From an uncultured Alphaproteobacteria bacterium (lineage in GTDB: Bacteria; Pseudomonadota; Alphaproteobacteria; Rhizobiales; Xanthobacteraceae): a DNA stretch of 64,000 nucleotides. The notes beneath the pieces were generated by a model that had not been told where the DNA came from, searched no databases, and saw nothing but the letters and a program-made list of their open reading frames with translations. The first letter of the stretch is position 1, and each line of letters opens with the position of its first letter. Below, one piece after another: positions 19,464-29,451 of the stretch. Position numbers and translations under genes: made by a program. The DNA is taken from NCBI GenBank assembly GCA_963841105.1, contig CAWJCB010000030.1, positions 165,325-229,324 of the forward strand, written 5' to 3'.

Positions 19464-20105
19464 ATGTCAGAATCGGCTCCGATAGAACACCCAACCTGGT
19501 TAACGGGTGGTGATTTCACCGAGGCGGATGAGCCTTTGCGTCTGTTTGCCGCCTGGTTCGAGGAAGCAAGCCGAAGCGAGCCACGCGATCCAACAGCAAT
19601 GTCATTGGCCACCGTCGATGCGGATGGACTGCCCAATGTCCGCATGGTGCTGATGAAGGGTTTCGACGAGCGGGGATTCGTGTTCTATACCAACGTCGGC
19701 AGTCAAAAAGGGCGGGAGTTGAACGCCGGCGGCCGGGCTGCGTTGCTGTTCCATTGGAAATCGCTCAACCGGCAAGTGCGCCTGCGGGGACCCGTGGCAC
19801 GGGTCGAGGATGCCGAAGCGGATGCCTATTTCGCGACGCGTCCACGCCTCGCCCAGATCGGCGCCTGGGCCAGCAAGCAGTCCGCCCCGCTTGAAGGTCG
19901 CTTCGCCTTCGAGCAGTCGATCGCACTGCACACCGCGAAGTTTGCTATCGGGGCAGTCCCACGTCCACCGAATTGGACCGGCTATCGCCTGCTGCCTCTC
20001 GTCATCGAGTTCTGGCAAGATCGGCCATTCCGGCTGCATGATCGCGTGGAATTCCGTCGCTCGGCTCTCGACGAGCCTTGGCGCAAAACCCGCCTCTATC
20101 CGTAG
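19464..20105 (+). CDS. pdxH: pyridoxamine 5'-phosphate oxidase
   Basis: FYTN..S.KG.EL, RQVR..G, YF.TRP..SQIGAWAS.QS, EFWQ.R..RLHDR and a C-terminal RLYP. 213 aa. Confidence 0.93.
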   Translation: MSESAPIEHPTWLTGGDFTEADEPLRLFAAWFEEASRSEPRDPTAMSLATVDADGLPNVRMVLMKGFDERGFVFYTNVGSQKGRELNAGGRAALLFHWKSLNRQVRLRGPVARVEDAEADAYFATRPRLAQIGAWASKQSAPLEGRFAFEQSIALHTAKFAIGAVPRPPNWTGYRLLPLVIEFWQDRPFRLHDRVEFRRSALDEPWRKTRLYP

Positions 20106-20138
20106 CGACGGAGAGTCGCTCGCTGGGAACGTACCGTC

Positions 20139-20894
20139 ATGCCGACATCACCTTCGAACCAGCAGCGCCGCACCCTCCTGCTGACGGGAGCAAGCCGGGG
20201 GATTGGTCACGCGACCGTCAAGCGCTTCTCCGCTGCAGGATGGCGCGTCATCACCTGCTCACGCCATGGCTTTCCCGAGAATTGTCCCTGGGAGATGGGA
20301 CCCGAGGACCACATTCAGGTCGATCTTGCCGACGCGGAGGGCACACGCCAAGCCATCGTCGAGATCAGGCAACGCCTGCAGACCGGAGACCTGCATGCCT
20401 TGGTCAATAACGCCGCGATTTCTCCCAAAGCCGAAGGCGGCAAGCGTCTCTCCTCCATCGATACCGGCATCGACATCTGGGATCATGTTTTCCGCGTGAA
20501 TTTCTTTGCTCCCATCATGCTTGCTCGAGGGCTTTTGGATGAGCTCAAAGCGGCCAAAGGCTCGGTTGTGAATGTGACATCGATCGCCGGCTCCAGGGTG
20601 CATCCCTTCGCCGGCGCGGCTTATGCGACGTCAAAGGCGGCGCTGGCGGCGCTGACGCGCGAGATGGCGGCCGACTTCGGCCCGCTCGGCATTCGCGTCA
20701 ATTCAATTGCTCCCGGCGAGATCGATACCGCCATTCTGTCGCCCGGCACCGAGGAGATCGTGGCGCATCAGATTCCCCTGCACCGGCTCGGCACGCCGGA
20801 CGAGGTCGCGAAGATCATCTATGTCTTATGCACCGAAACGTCGTCCTACCTGAACGGCGCCGAAATCCATATCAACGGCGGACAGCACGTGTAA
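20139..20894 (+). CDS. SDR family oxidoreductase
   Basis: TGASRGIG cofactor motif, NNAA, and the YATSKAA catalytic Tyr/Lys. 251 aa. Confidence 0.88.
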   Translation: MPTSPSNQQRRTLLLTGASRGIGHATVKRFSAAGWRVITCSRHGFPENCPWEMGPEDHIQVDLADAEGTRQAIVEIRQRLQTGDLHALVNNAAISPKAEGGKRLSSIDTGIDIWDHVFRVNFFAPIMLARGLLDELKAAKGSVVNVTSIAGSRVHPFAGAAYATSKAALAALTREMAADFGPLGIRVNSIAPGEIDTAILSPGTEEIVAHQIPLHRLGTPDEVAKIIYVLCTETSSYLNGAEIHINGGQHV

Positions 20895-20900
20895 CAGTGG

Positions 20901-20981
20901 TCAGTAATCGGTAATCAGTAATCAGCGATGGAGGTCACGGGCGCCCGCGAACGCCCTTGATTACTGATTACCGATTACTGA
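20901..20981. terminator. 24-bp perfect inverted repeat (heptamer-built) between convergent SDR and corA genes; probable bidirectional terminator
   Basis: TCAGTAATCGGTAATCAGTAATCA (20901-20924) is exactly complementary to 20958-20981. The 33-nt loop has its own GGGCG/CGCCC stem. Confidence 0.6.
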
Positions 20982-20994
20982 TCCCTGATTCCTG

Positions 20995-21972
20995 TCACAG
21001 CCATTTCTTCCACTTGAAGAAGAAATACGGCAGCGCCGCTGCGGCGACCATCAGAACAATTGCAATCGGATAGCCGAAGTGCCAGTCGAGCTCCGGCATG
21101 TGCTTGAAATTCATGCCGTAGATGGAAGCAATGAGGGTCGGCGGCATGAGCGCCACGGCCGCCACCGAGAAGATCTTGATGATATTGTTCTGCTCGATCG
21201 TGACCACGCCAAGCATGGCATCGAGGAGGAATTGGATCTTGTTCGAGAGATAGGCGGCGTGGTCAGACAAGGACTGCACATCGCGCTGCATGCCGCGCAA
21301 CTGCGCCCGCGGCTCTTTTGCCCAGCGCATGGTGTCGGCCTCATTGGCGAGATAGAGCAGCAATCGTCCGATTGACACCAGGCTCTCGCGCACCTTGGAA
21401 GCCAGGTCGCCTTTTCGCCCGATCGCCCGCAGGATCTGGTTGTAGCTCCTGGTGCGATCGGCCCTGGCGTCTTCCGGTTCGAAGATGTCGTGCGAAACCT
21501 GATCGACCTCCACACCGACCCGCTCCAGGATGTCGGCGGCCCGATCGATGACGGCATCGAGCAGGTCCATCATCACCAATTCTCCGGTGATCGTTGGAGA
21601 GCAAGTCCGCGCCAGCTTGTTGCCGACCATCAAGAAGGGGCGCGGCTCGTCATAGCGCACCGTAATCAACCGGTGCCCAGATAGAATGAAAGTGACGGGA
21701 GTGGTCTTCGGAGTGTCGGAATCGGACTGACACATCAACGTGGCCGTCATATACCTCGCCCCGTTCTCGACGTAGAGGCGGCTCGTGACTTCGATTTCCT
21801 GCATCTCCTCGCGGGTGGGAACCGCGACGCCGACCTTCTGCTCTACGAGCTTGTCTTCCCGCTGATGCGGGTTGACCAGGTCGAACCACACCGCGCTCTC
21901 CGGCAAATCGGCGGTGGACGCGACCGCAACGCGATCAAGGGAATTGCCCCGCGGAACGTAAACCCACAACAT
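20995..21972 (-). CDS. corA: magnesium/cobalt transporter CorA
   Basis: YGMNF (GMN) motif before the last TM, two C-terminal TM helices, 325 aa. Confidence 0.92.
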   Translation of the reverse strand: MLWVYVPRGNSLDRVAVASTADLPESAVWFDLVNPHQREDKLVEQKVGVAVPTREEMQEIEVTSRLYVENGARYMTATLMCQSDSDTPKTTPVTFILSGHRLITVRYDEPRPFLMVGNKLARTCSPTITGELVMMDLLDAVIDRAADILERVGVEVDQVSHDIFEPEDARADRTRSYNQILRAIGRKGDLASKVRESLVSIGRLLLYLANEADTMRWAKEPRAQLRGMQRDVQSLSDHAAYLSNKIQFLLDAMLGVVTIEQNNIIKIFSVAAVALMPPTLIASIYGMNFKHMPELDWHFGYPIAIVLMVAAAALPYFFFKWKKWL

Positions 21973-22313
21973 GATCCCTCCGCGGCCAACTCTTCCAGCC
22001 GCTTGCCACGGCAGGATCGAAATCAGTGAGCTCCGCCATACGGTCCACGCGCCGCCTTATACGCATATTGCGTGGCGATTGACACGAGTTTCACTGCGTT
22101 CGCGTGTCGCTGCGGGAATCAGCTGTAGGGTGGAGAAAGACGAAGCTCCGCACACAGCCTCACGCGGCGCCGCGCCCGCGAGACAATAGCGCCGGTCCTT
22201 ACCGCGTGCGCAGCGCGCTCCCACATTGACGCATGGGTCGGAATTGCGCGCCTCTGCTCACCCTAGAGCTGTGTCAATTTCACCGGAACGCTCAGCGGCA
22301 CGCGCAACACGGC

Positions 22314-22511
22314 TCAGGCCGCCTTCTCTGAGATCCGCTCTTCCTGGTTCTGATGGGCCGCCGGAAGGTCGGCCGGATTTCTGCCTTCGCTTTTGAACTG
22401 CAACGCGGCTGCAACCGCCGATATTCCGATTGCGCCATATTGAGTGTCGAGCTTTACATCGACGTGGCGATTACGTTCTTGCGTGGGTTGCTTGGGACTG
22501 CCCTTGATCAT
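22314..22511 (-). CDS. small hypothetical protein (65 aa)
   Basis: GGAG RBS 7 nt upstream of the ATG, moderately high third-position GC, no overlap with other genes. No recognisable domain. Confidence 0.4.
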   Translation of the reverse strand: MIKGSPKQPTQERNRHVDVKLDTQYGAIGISAVAAALQFKSEGRNPADLPAAHQNQEERISEKAA

Positions 22512-22914
22512 TTTAGCTCCGCCTTACTTGTAAGCCTTGGCTGGCTGCCGGCTCTTGTTGGAACGCTCTACGCGGTGCTGAATGGCTTCGGAGTGCGGCC
22601 GAAATGCGCACTAAATCGTCTGGTATCGTGACATTTCGGGTGTTGCTCCGCATGGTCCGGATGAAGGCCGGATATAGTGAAGGATCAGTTAATTGGTCGT
22701 CACGGGGAATGAAGCGGAGGTGCCGCGCCTCGTTCGGCGGTCAAACCAGCCTTTCCCACAGCGACGGCGGCAAATTTGCGACATTCCTGCAACAGGTTGC
22801 CGGCACAATCGCGCTGCACGCGTGCTTGCCCTGGAAGGAGCGAATTGTTTTGGCTAATGCAAATGCACAAACAACATCTGGGACGCGCCGGGATGGGCGC
22901 GCAAAGGGGCAGTT

Positions 22915-23586
22915 ATGGCGACAAGGGGAATCGCTCTCGTTCTGGCAGGCCTTCTGCTCGGCGGGTGCATGCAGGCGACTGTTGACCCGGCTAGCGAAGC
23001 CAATTTCACGCCACGCGACCGCAAGCTTCTGTCGAACGCGCCCTACGCGCGGGTAACTCCGCCGTTGCCTTATCAACGGACGATCGTTCAATATCACCGC
23101 AAGGAAGCGCCTGGGTCGATCGTAATCGATACCGATGCGCGCTACCTCTACTATGTGCTCGCCGATGCGAAAGCCATCCGCTACGGCGTTGCCGTCGGCG
23201 AGGAAGCCCTGTCGTGGTACGGCATCGCGAAGGTGGGCCGCAAGGAAGAGTGGCCGACCTGGACTCCGACGGCGGAGATCAAGCGCCGCTTAGGAAATGT
23301 TCCGGATTTCGTCGATGGCGGTCCGCACAATCCCATGGGCGCGCGCGGCCTGTATCTCTATCAAGGCAACAAGGATACCTTGTTCCGAATTCACGGCACC
23401 AACCAGCCCGAACACATCGGGCAGGCCGTTTCGTCCGGCTGCATACGGATGACCAATGAGGATGTGATCGACCTTTACACGCGGGTCAAGATGGGAGCGA
23501 TCGTAGTTGTGATCGCGCCCAAGCAAGGCAACTCTCCCAACAATCCGCGCATCGCCACGGCGACCGGTCAGAACCAGAACTACTGA
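22915..23586 (+). CDS. L,D-transpeptidase (YkuD) lipoprotein
   Basis: Lipobox LLLGGC. YkuD catalytic motif RIHGTNQPEHIGQAVSSGCIRM. 223 aa. Confidence 0.9.
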   Translation: MATRGIALVLAGLLLGGCMQATVDPASEANFTPRDRKLLSNAPYARVTPPLPYQRTIVQYHRKEAPGSIVIDTDARYLYYVLADAKAIRYGVAVGEEALSWYGIAKVGRKEEWPTWTPTAEIKRRLGNVPDFVDGGPHNPMGARGLYLYQGNKDTLFRIHGTNQPEHIGQAVSSGCIRMTNEDVIDLYTRVKMGAIVVVIAPKQGNSPNNPRIATATGQNQNY

Positions 23587-23605
23587 ATCGCGTCGAGGGG
23601 GCCTG

Positions 23606-23640
23606 GGAACGGCGCCGGCGGGGGTCCGGCGCCGTTCGCT
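23606..23640 (+). terminator. rho-independent-type terminator after the L,D-transpeptidase gene
   Basis: 12-bp perfect stem GAACGGCGCCGG (23606-23617) / CCGGCGCCGTTC (23625-23636), 7-nt loop, followed by GCTTTG. Confidence 0.55.
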
Positions 23641-23682
23641 TTGCGCCGCGGCGCTGGAGCGTGATCGAGCGATCGGCTCTTA

Positions 23683-23705
23683 TACCTCCCCCTTTGGGGG
23701 AGGTA
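23683..23705. repeat. REP-like hairpin, same family as 2882-2902
   Basis: TACCTCCCCC-TTT-GGGGGAGGTA. The downstream CTAAGACCGTTTGCG parallels the copy at 2903-2920. Confidence 0.65.
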
Positions 23706-23731
23706 CTAAGACCGTTTGCGGCGCTGACAGT

Positions 23732-25117
23732 TCACACAAGCCGAAGCGCGTGACACCATTCCAATGTGCGGTTGAGCGCGCGCCCCAGGCGATCGAACAA
23801 TTCGTCGATCTCGGATGGCGTGATGATGAGGGGCGGACATATCGATACAACGTCGCCTGCGAGAAATCGCACGATCAGGCCTTCCTCTCGCGCAAAATGC
23901 ACGGCCTGCGGAGCGACCTGGGCGCTTGCATCGAACGAGCGTTTGCTTGCCTTGTCAGCCACCAACTCGATCCCGCCAATCAACCCCAGACCGCGTGCCT
24001 CTCCCACCAGCGGGTGGTCGCCAAGCGCGTGAATCCGCATTTGAAAATGCGGAGCCTTGCGGACAACTTGCTCGGCGATGCAATCGCGAGCGTAGATGTC
24101 GAGCGCCTTGAGCGCGACCGCGGCTGCCACCGGATGTCCCGAATATGTGAAACCATGGCCGAAGGTTCCGATTTTTTGACTCTCCTCCAGCATTGCCTCG
24201 TACATCATCTGCGGGATCGTGACCCCGGCGAGCGGCAGATAGGCCGAGGTCAGCGCTTTCGCGACGGTGATCGAGTCGGGCTCGAACCCCAGCGCGCCGC
24301 AGCCGAACATGGTCCCGAGCCGGCCGAACCCGCAGATCACTTCATCGGAGATCATGTACACGTCGTATTTCCGGCAGACCTTCGCAATTTCCGGAAAGTA
24401 CAGCCGCGGTGGAACGATAACGCCGCCTGCTCCCATCACCGGCTCGGCGATGAACGCCGCCACAGTTAGCGGATCCTCCTTCAGGATCATCGCTTCAAGC
24501 TCGAGCGCCAGCCTTCGCGCAAATTCGTCTTCGCTTTCGCCTGCGTGCGCAAACCGATAATGGTGCGGACATCCCGCATGCAGAATGCCCGCAATCGGCA
24601 GATCAAAGTCCCGATGATTGTTTGCAAGCCCGGTGAGCGACGCAGCCGCCACCGTCACGCCATGATACGCCTTGATGCGGCTGATGATCTTCTTCTTTTG
24701 CGGACGGCCGAGCGCATTGTTCATGTACCAGATGAGCTTGACTTGCGTGTCGTTCGCCTCCGAGCCCGAGGAACAGAACAGCACCTTCGATGCCGGGATC
24801 GGGACCAGCTCCTTCAGGCGCTCGGCAAGCTCGATGACAGGGTCATGGCTCATCCCCGTAAAGAGATGCGCGAAGGGCAGCTTGCGCATCTGTGCGGCGG
24901 CGGCCTCGACCAGCTCTTCGTTGCCGTAGCCAAGCGCGGTGCACCACAGCCCCGCCATGCCCTCGATATAGCCTTTGCCGTCGCTGTCATAGACGACTAC
25001 GCCGCTTCCCCGCTCCAAAACCAGCGGCCCGCTTTCGCGCAAGCGCGCGAGATGCGTGTAGGGATGGATGAGGGTCTCGATATCGCGGACGGCGAGATTG
25101 CTGAGCGTGGGGGGCAT
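23732..25117 (-). CDS. class III (omega) aminotransferase, PLP-dependent
   Basis: ATG at 25117 (MPPTLSNLAVRDIETLIHPYTHL). Motifs SGSEAND, DEVICGFGRLG and TVAKALTS (PLP Lys). 461 aa. Confidence 0.9.
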   Translation of the reverse strand: MPPTLSNLAVRDIETLIHPYTHLARLRESGPLVLERGSGVVVYDSDGKGYIEGMAGLWCTALGYGNEELVEAAAAQMRKLPFAHLFTGMSHDPVIELAERLKELVPIPASKVLFCSSGSEANDTQVKLIWYMNNALGRPQKKKIISRIKAYHGVTVAAASLTGLANNHRDFDLPIAGILHAGCPHHYRFAHAGESEDEFARRLALELEAMILKEDPLTVAAFIAEPVMGAGGVIVPPRLYFPEIAKVCRKYDVYMISDEVICGFGRLGTMFGCGALGFEPDSITVAKALTSAYLPLAGVTIPQMMYEAMLEESQKIGTFGHGFTYSGHPVAAAVALKALDIYARDCIAEQVVRKAPHFQMRIHALGDHPLVGEARGLGLIGGIELVADKASKRSFDASAQVAPQAVHFAREEGLIVRFLAGDVVSICPPLIITPSEIDELFDRLGRALNRTLEWCHALRLV

Positions 25118-25241
25118 AGATGTGCTTTCCAGGAGCGGCGCGCGACAATCCGAGCGTGTGAAATTTGAAGCAAATCGCAACAGCCGAGCAGCGCCGAGGT
25201 TACCAGGGGCAACGACTGCTGCTCCGGTAGATCATTGAATT

Positions 25242-25460
25242 CTAGCGGGTCCATTCTTCACGCAGCATCCGAATCCCATGGACGCTGTTCTTCCCCCCCC
25301 CCCAGCCCCCGATCTGATGCCTTGAGGAGATGGGCACCAATGCAGCAAACGGCCGGTCATGTCGGATAATGATCGTGGATCGGCCCTTCTCAGCGACCGC
25401 AGGAAGCTCCGGAAGCTCTTCCTCCGCGCTTTTGCGTGTCGCATTTGGTTTCATAAGCAT
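25242..25460 (-). CDS. Phd/YefM-like antitoxin remnant (orphan, interrupted by a G11 tract)
   Basis: EKGRSTIIIRHDRPFAALVPI resembles the antitoxin core (G..v.ItrhGrPvAvLvP). The reading frame passes through C11/G11 at 25293-25303. No toxin gene is adjacent. Confidence 0.3.
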   Translation of the reverse strand: MLMKPNATRKSAEEELPELPAVAEKGRSTIIIRHDRPFAALVPISSRHQIGGWGGGKNSVHGIRMLREEWTR

Positions 25461-25516
25461 TGGCCTTTGCGGCGCGCTGTACGGATCAAGCCAAGCGTCC
25501 TGCTCAGCCGAACGTT

Positions 25517-26290
25517 TCAGTCCCGGCCGCCGCCGGGACGTGGCCGCGGCATCGGCACGCGCGTTTCGCCGCCGGCACTTTCCTCACTCGGCTCGAGCAC
25601 ATCCCACTGGCACATGCGGTGACCATTCCTGCGCTCGGCAAGGTCGACGTGGATGTGGTCTTCGTGATAGCCGTCGGAGCCGGGCCCGAGCACCGTCGTA
25701 AATCGCGCGCAGGCGCTCGTGCGCAGGCTTTGCCGAAGGTGCGCAGGCACGTGCGGATCGGTGAGATGCACCACTGTTCCATTGGCAAGCTTGAGCGACC
25801 TGACATCGAGTGCGTTGGCTTTGCCATGCTCCGACAGCTTCGCTCCGGCGATCCGATTGCGGCCGCGGCAATCGTATGAGGCATAATTTTCGATGCTCCG
25901 CAGCGGCGCGTCGAGTGCGCGCGCCGCCGTCGCGACATCCTCGCGTACCCACCGCACAATCTCCTCGGCCAGAGTGCAGCGAACGATCGCGGGTGGCATG
26001 ATAGCGATCCGGCTGCTGTTCGGCAGCACCACCGCCTCGAGTTGCAAGAGATCATCCCCGCCGCACCCCTCGGGAGCGTCGATGGGAGGCAGCGGCGAAG
26101 CGACGGCGAGATTTCCGGTCAACCGCAGGCGGCAGGCTGACGGCAACTCGTGTTCGGCCGGCGCAGAGCGCGGTCCTGGCGGCGAGGCGCCCATCAGCGG
26201 TCGAGGACGCGGTATCGGCACGGTCTGCGCACCGGCGGAACTCCCGAGCGCCATCGCGAAGATAACGATGAGAGCAATCAGGACAGGCAT
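25517..26290 (-). CDS. extensin-like C-terminal domain protein, secreted
   Basis: Signal peptide, Pro-rich stretch (VPIPRPRP), then CRGRNRIAGAKLSEHGKANALDV and GPGSDGYHEDHIHVDL, typical of the Extensin-like_C family. Confidence 0.85.
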   Translation of the reverse strand: MPVLIALIVIFAMALGSSAGAQTVPIPRPRPLMGASPPGPRSAPAEHELPSACRLRLTGNLAVASPLPPIDAPEGCGGDDLLQLEAVVLPNSSRIAIMPPAIVRCTLAEEIVRWVREDVATAARALDAPLRSIENYASYDCRGRNRIAGAKLSEHGKANALDVRSLKLANGTVVHLTDPHVPAHLRQSLRTSACARFTTVLGPGSDGYHEDHIHVDLAERRNGHRMCQWDVLEPSEESAGGETRVPMPRPRPGGGRD

Positions 26291-26364
26291 ATGGTGCCGC
26301 GCGTTTTCTCTCCACCGAATTTAGTGAGTGTAAGTAGCATGCAATTTCTTCGGGATCATGCGCG

Positions 26365-27496
26365 ATGAGGCGTTTCGACGTCATCGTCTGCGGGCTTGGC
26401 GCGATGGGCAGCGCTACTCTGGAGCGGCTGGCACGCCGCGGCAAGCGTGTGCTCGGCGTTGAACGGTATGCGCCGGGACACGAGCGGGGTTCCTCGCACG
26501 GCGCAACGCGGATCATTCGTCTGAGCTATTTCGAGCATCCCTCCTACGTTCCGATGCTCTATCACGCATACGCGTTATGGCGAGAGCTTGAGCAGGCGAG
26601 CGGGCTCGATCTTCTGCATCGTACAGGCATCGCCGAGATCGGCTTGCCCGACAGCACCCTTATCACCGGAACGCTCGCCAGCATCCGCTTGCACAACCTG
26701 CCGCATGACACCCTTACCGCATCCGAGCTTATGCGGCGGTTGCCAACCTTCAGCTTGCCGGCTGATTACGTGGCCGTGCTCCAACCGGATGGAGGCTGGC
26801 TGGCGGTGGAACCTGCTTTCGAAGCGTGGTTGTCCCTCGCCAGGCGTGAAGGGCGCCAAGGTTCTGACCGGCGCCAGCATCCATGCGATCGAACCACGGT
26901 CCGGCGGCCTGCATGTTCACACCGATCAGGGAAGCTTCGAAGCCGGAACTGCCGTCGTGACGGCGGGCGCCTGGACGAAATCGGTCCTGCCCTCGCTGGC
27001 GGCGCCTCTGGTGGTGACGCGCCAGGTCATGGGCTGGTTCAGACCGCAGAACCCTGCCCTGTGCTCCAGCACGCACTTGCCGGTTTTCATGCTCGAAAGC
27101 GCGCACGGGGTGCATTACGGCATTCCGCCGAGCCGGCCAAATGCGGGCATCAAGGTCGCCAAGCATCACCACGGCAACCAGGTCATCGACCCTGACAATT
27201 ACTGCCGGTCAGTGTCGCAAGCGGACGAAGCTTTGATCCGCGCTGCGCTCGCCGACCACGTTCCGGCGGCAAACGGCCCGCTGATCGCGGCAAAGACTTG
27301 CCTTTATACCCTGACCCCGGACGGAGACTTCCTCATCGATCGGCTGCCCGGCGCGCCAGAGATTGTCGTCGCCTCTGCCTGCTCCGGGCACGGGTTCAAA
27401 TTCGCCCCGCTCATAGGCGAGATGCTGGCGGACCTGGCCACCGGCGGCGATCCACGACACGATATCACGCGCTTCAGGCTCGGCCGCTTTGGTTGA
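26365..27496 (+). pseudogene. solA: monomeric sarcosine oxidase / N-methyl-L-tryptophan oxidase (SolA-like), reading frame broken near 26854
   Basis: FAD motif DVIVCGLGAMGSA and SSHGATRIIR lie in ORF 26365..27195. After ...SLARREG that frame turns to nonsense. AKVLTGASIHAIEP...ACSGHGFKFAPLIG continues in ORF 26588..27496. Confidence 0.8.
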
Positions 27497-27600
27497 AGCG
27501 GCGGGGCCCAGCGATCATTCAGTTTTTCCTTCTTTGCGCCGGGCCGGCGCTCGAATAAATTCGATGCAGAAAATCGCTATCCCCCGCAGGAGGAATCATC

Positions 27601-29244
27601 ATGCTCGGCCTGATGCAGGATTGGCCGCTGCTGTGCCATCGCATCATCGACCACGCCGCCGTCAACCATGCGCAGCGACTGATCGTGACGCGCTCGATTG
27701 AAGGGGAGATGCACAGCACGAATTACGCCGAGGTGCGCGCGCGGGCGCTGCGTCTGGCACAGCGCCTCGATCGCGATGGCATTCGGCTCGGTGATCGCGT
27801 CGCGACGCTTGCCTGGAACACATGGCGCCATCTGGAAGCCTGGTACGGCATCATGGGGATTGGCGCCATCTACCACACGGTCAATCCGCGCCTTTTTCCC
27901 GAGCAGATCGCCTGGATCGTCAATCACGCGCAAGACCGAGTGATGCTGCTTGACCTGACGTTCATCCCGCTGGTGGAGAAGCTCGCAGCCAAGCTGCCCA
28001 GCGTCGAGCGCTATGTCGTGCTGAGCGACGCCAGTCGCATGCCGGCGACCTCGCTGCGCAATGCGGTCCCCTACGAGGAGTGGATCGCCGAGGTCGACGG
28101 CGACTTCGCCTGGAAGACCTTCGACGAGAATACCGCCGCGGGCATGTGCTACACCTCCGGCACGACCGGCGATCCCAAGGGTGTGCTCTACTCCCATCGG
28201 TCCAACACTCTGCATGGTCTGATGGCCAACAACTCCGACATGAAGGGTTTGAGCTCGCGCGATGTGCTGCTCCCTGTCGTCCCAATGTTCCACGCCAATA
28301 CCTGGTCGATAAACTTTTCAGCTCCCATCTCGGGCGCCTCATTGGTCCTGCCGGGAGCGAAGCTCGACGGCGCGTCGATCTACGAGCTGCTCGACCGGTA
28401 CAATGTCAGCTGCAGCGCCGGCGTGCCGACGGTCTGGCTCACGTTGCTGGCGCATCTCGCCACGACCGGAAGCAAGCTGCCGCACCTCAAGCGGATCGTC
28501 ATCGGCGGCTCTGCCTGTCCCCGCGCGATGGCAAAGACTTTCCAGGACGAATACGACGTCGAGGTCATTCATGCCTGGGGCATGACCGAGATGAGTCCAC
28601 TCGGCACCGCCTGCACGATGAAGCCGGAATATGCCGCCCTCCGCGGAGAGGCACGGCTCGACGTGCAACAGAGGCAGGGGCATTCGCCATTCATGGTGGA
28701 GATGAAGATCACCGACGATGGTGGCAAACCGCTGCCACGCGACGGCAAGACATTCGGGCGTCTGAAAGTGCGCGGTCCCGCCGTTGCGCGTGCCTATTAC
28801 AGAGAGGACAGCGATATTCTCGATGAGCAGGGGTTCTTCGACACCGGGGACGTCGCGACGATCGATCGCTGCGGCTACATGCAAATAACCGATCGCGCCA
28901 AGGACGTTATAAAGTCCGGCGGCGAGTGGATCTCGTCCATTGACATCGAAAACCTCGCCGTCGGCCATCCGAAGGTGGCGGAAGCCGCCGTGATCGGGGT
29001 GCGGCATCCCAAATGGGACGAGCGACCCCTGCTGGTGATCGTGCTTAAACGGGATGTCTCGGCAACGCGCGAGGAGATATTGGCCTTCATGAAGGGCAAG
29101 ATCGCGAGCTGGTGGATGCCGGACGAAGTGGTTTTCGTCGATGAAATCCCGCACACCGCAACCGGCAAGATCCAGAAGACCGTGCTGCGGGAGCGCTTCA
29201 AGGATTTCGTCCTGCCTGGGGCAGCAAACGCCTCCGCTTCCTGA
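27601..29244 (+). CDS. long-chain fatty-acid--CoA ligase (AMP-forming acyl-CoA synthetase)
   Basis: AMP-binding motif YTSGTTGDPKGV, GWGMTE, TGDVA and KSGGEWIS. 547 aa. Confidence 0.9.
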   Translation: MLGLMQDWPLLCHRIIDHAAVNHAQRLIVTRSIEGEMHSTNYAEVRARALRLAQRLDRDGIRLGDRVATLAWNTWRHLEAWYGIMGIGAIYHTVNPRLFPEQIAWIVNHAQDRVMLLDLTFIPLVEKLAAKLPSVERYVVLSDASRMPATSLRNAVPYEEWIAEVDGDFAWKTFDENTAAGMCYTSGTTGDPKGVLYSHRSNTLHGLMANNSDMKGLSSRDVLLPVVPMFHANTWSINFSAPISGASLVLPGAKLDGASIYELLDRYNVSCSAGVPTVWLTLLAHLATTGSKLPHLKRIVIGGSACPRAMAKTFQDEYDVEVIHAWGMTEMSPLGTACTMKPEYAALRGEARLDVQQRQGHSPFMVEMKITDDGGKPLPRDGKTFGRLKVRGPAVARAYYREDSDILDEQGFFDTGDVATIDRCGYMQITDRAKDVIKSGGEWISSIDIENLAVGHPKVAEAAVIGVRHPKWDERPLLVIVLKRDVSATREEILAFMKGKIASWWMPDEVVFVDEIPHTATGKIQKTVLRERFKDFVLPGAANASAS

Positions 29245-29250
29245 TGCATT

Positions 29251-29377
29251 TTCCGATTAGGTTGACGCGGTTTCCCTCATGGCCGCGCTTGTCGCGGCCA
29301 TCCAATGCCTTGTTTGGCCGCGAAGAAGACGTGGATGGCCGGCACAAGGCCGGCCATGACGACTCACCTAATCGGAA
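29251..29377. repeat. MITE-like palindromic element: REP pair bounded by 12-bp terminal inverted repeats
   Basis: TTCCGATTAGGT (29251-29262) and ACCTAATCGGAA (29366-29377) enclose TCATGGCCGCGCTTGTCGCGGCCATCC and GGATGGCCGGCACAAGGCCGGCCATGACG. Confidence 0.65.
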
Positions 29378-29451
29378 CGCGCTCTAATTCCCAATTCTCG
29401 CCATAGGACGCGCGTAAATTCACGCGGGCGGTCCTTGCCAGGAAGCAGCAC

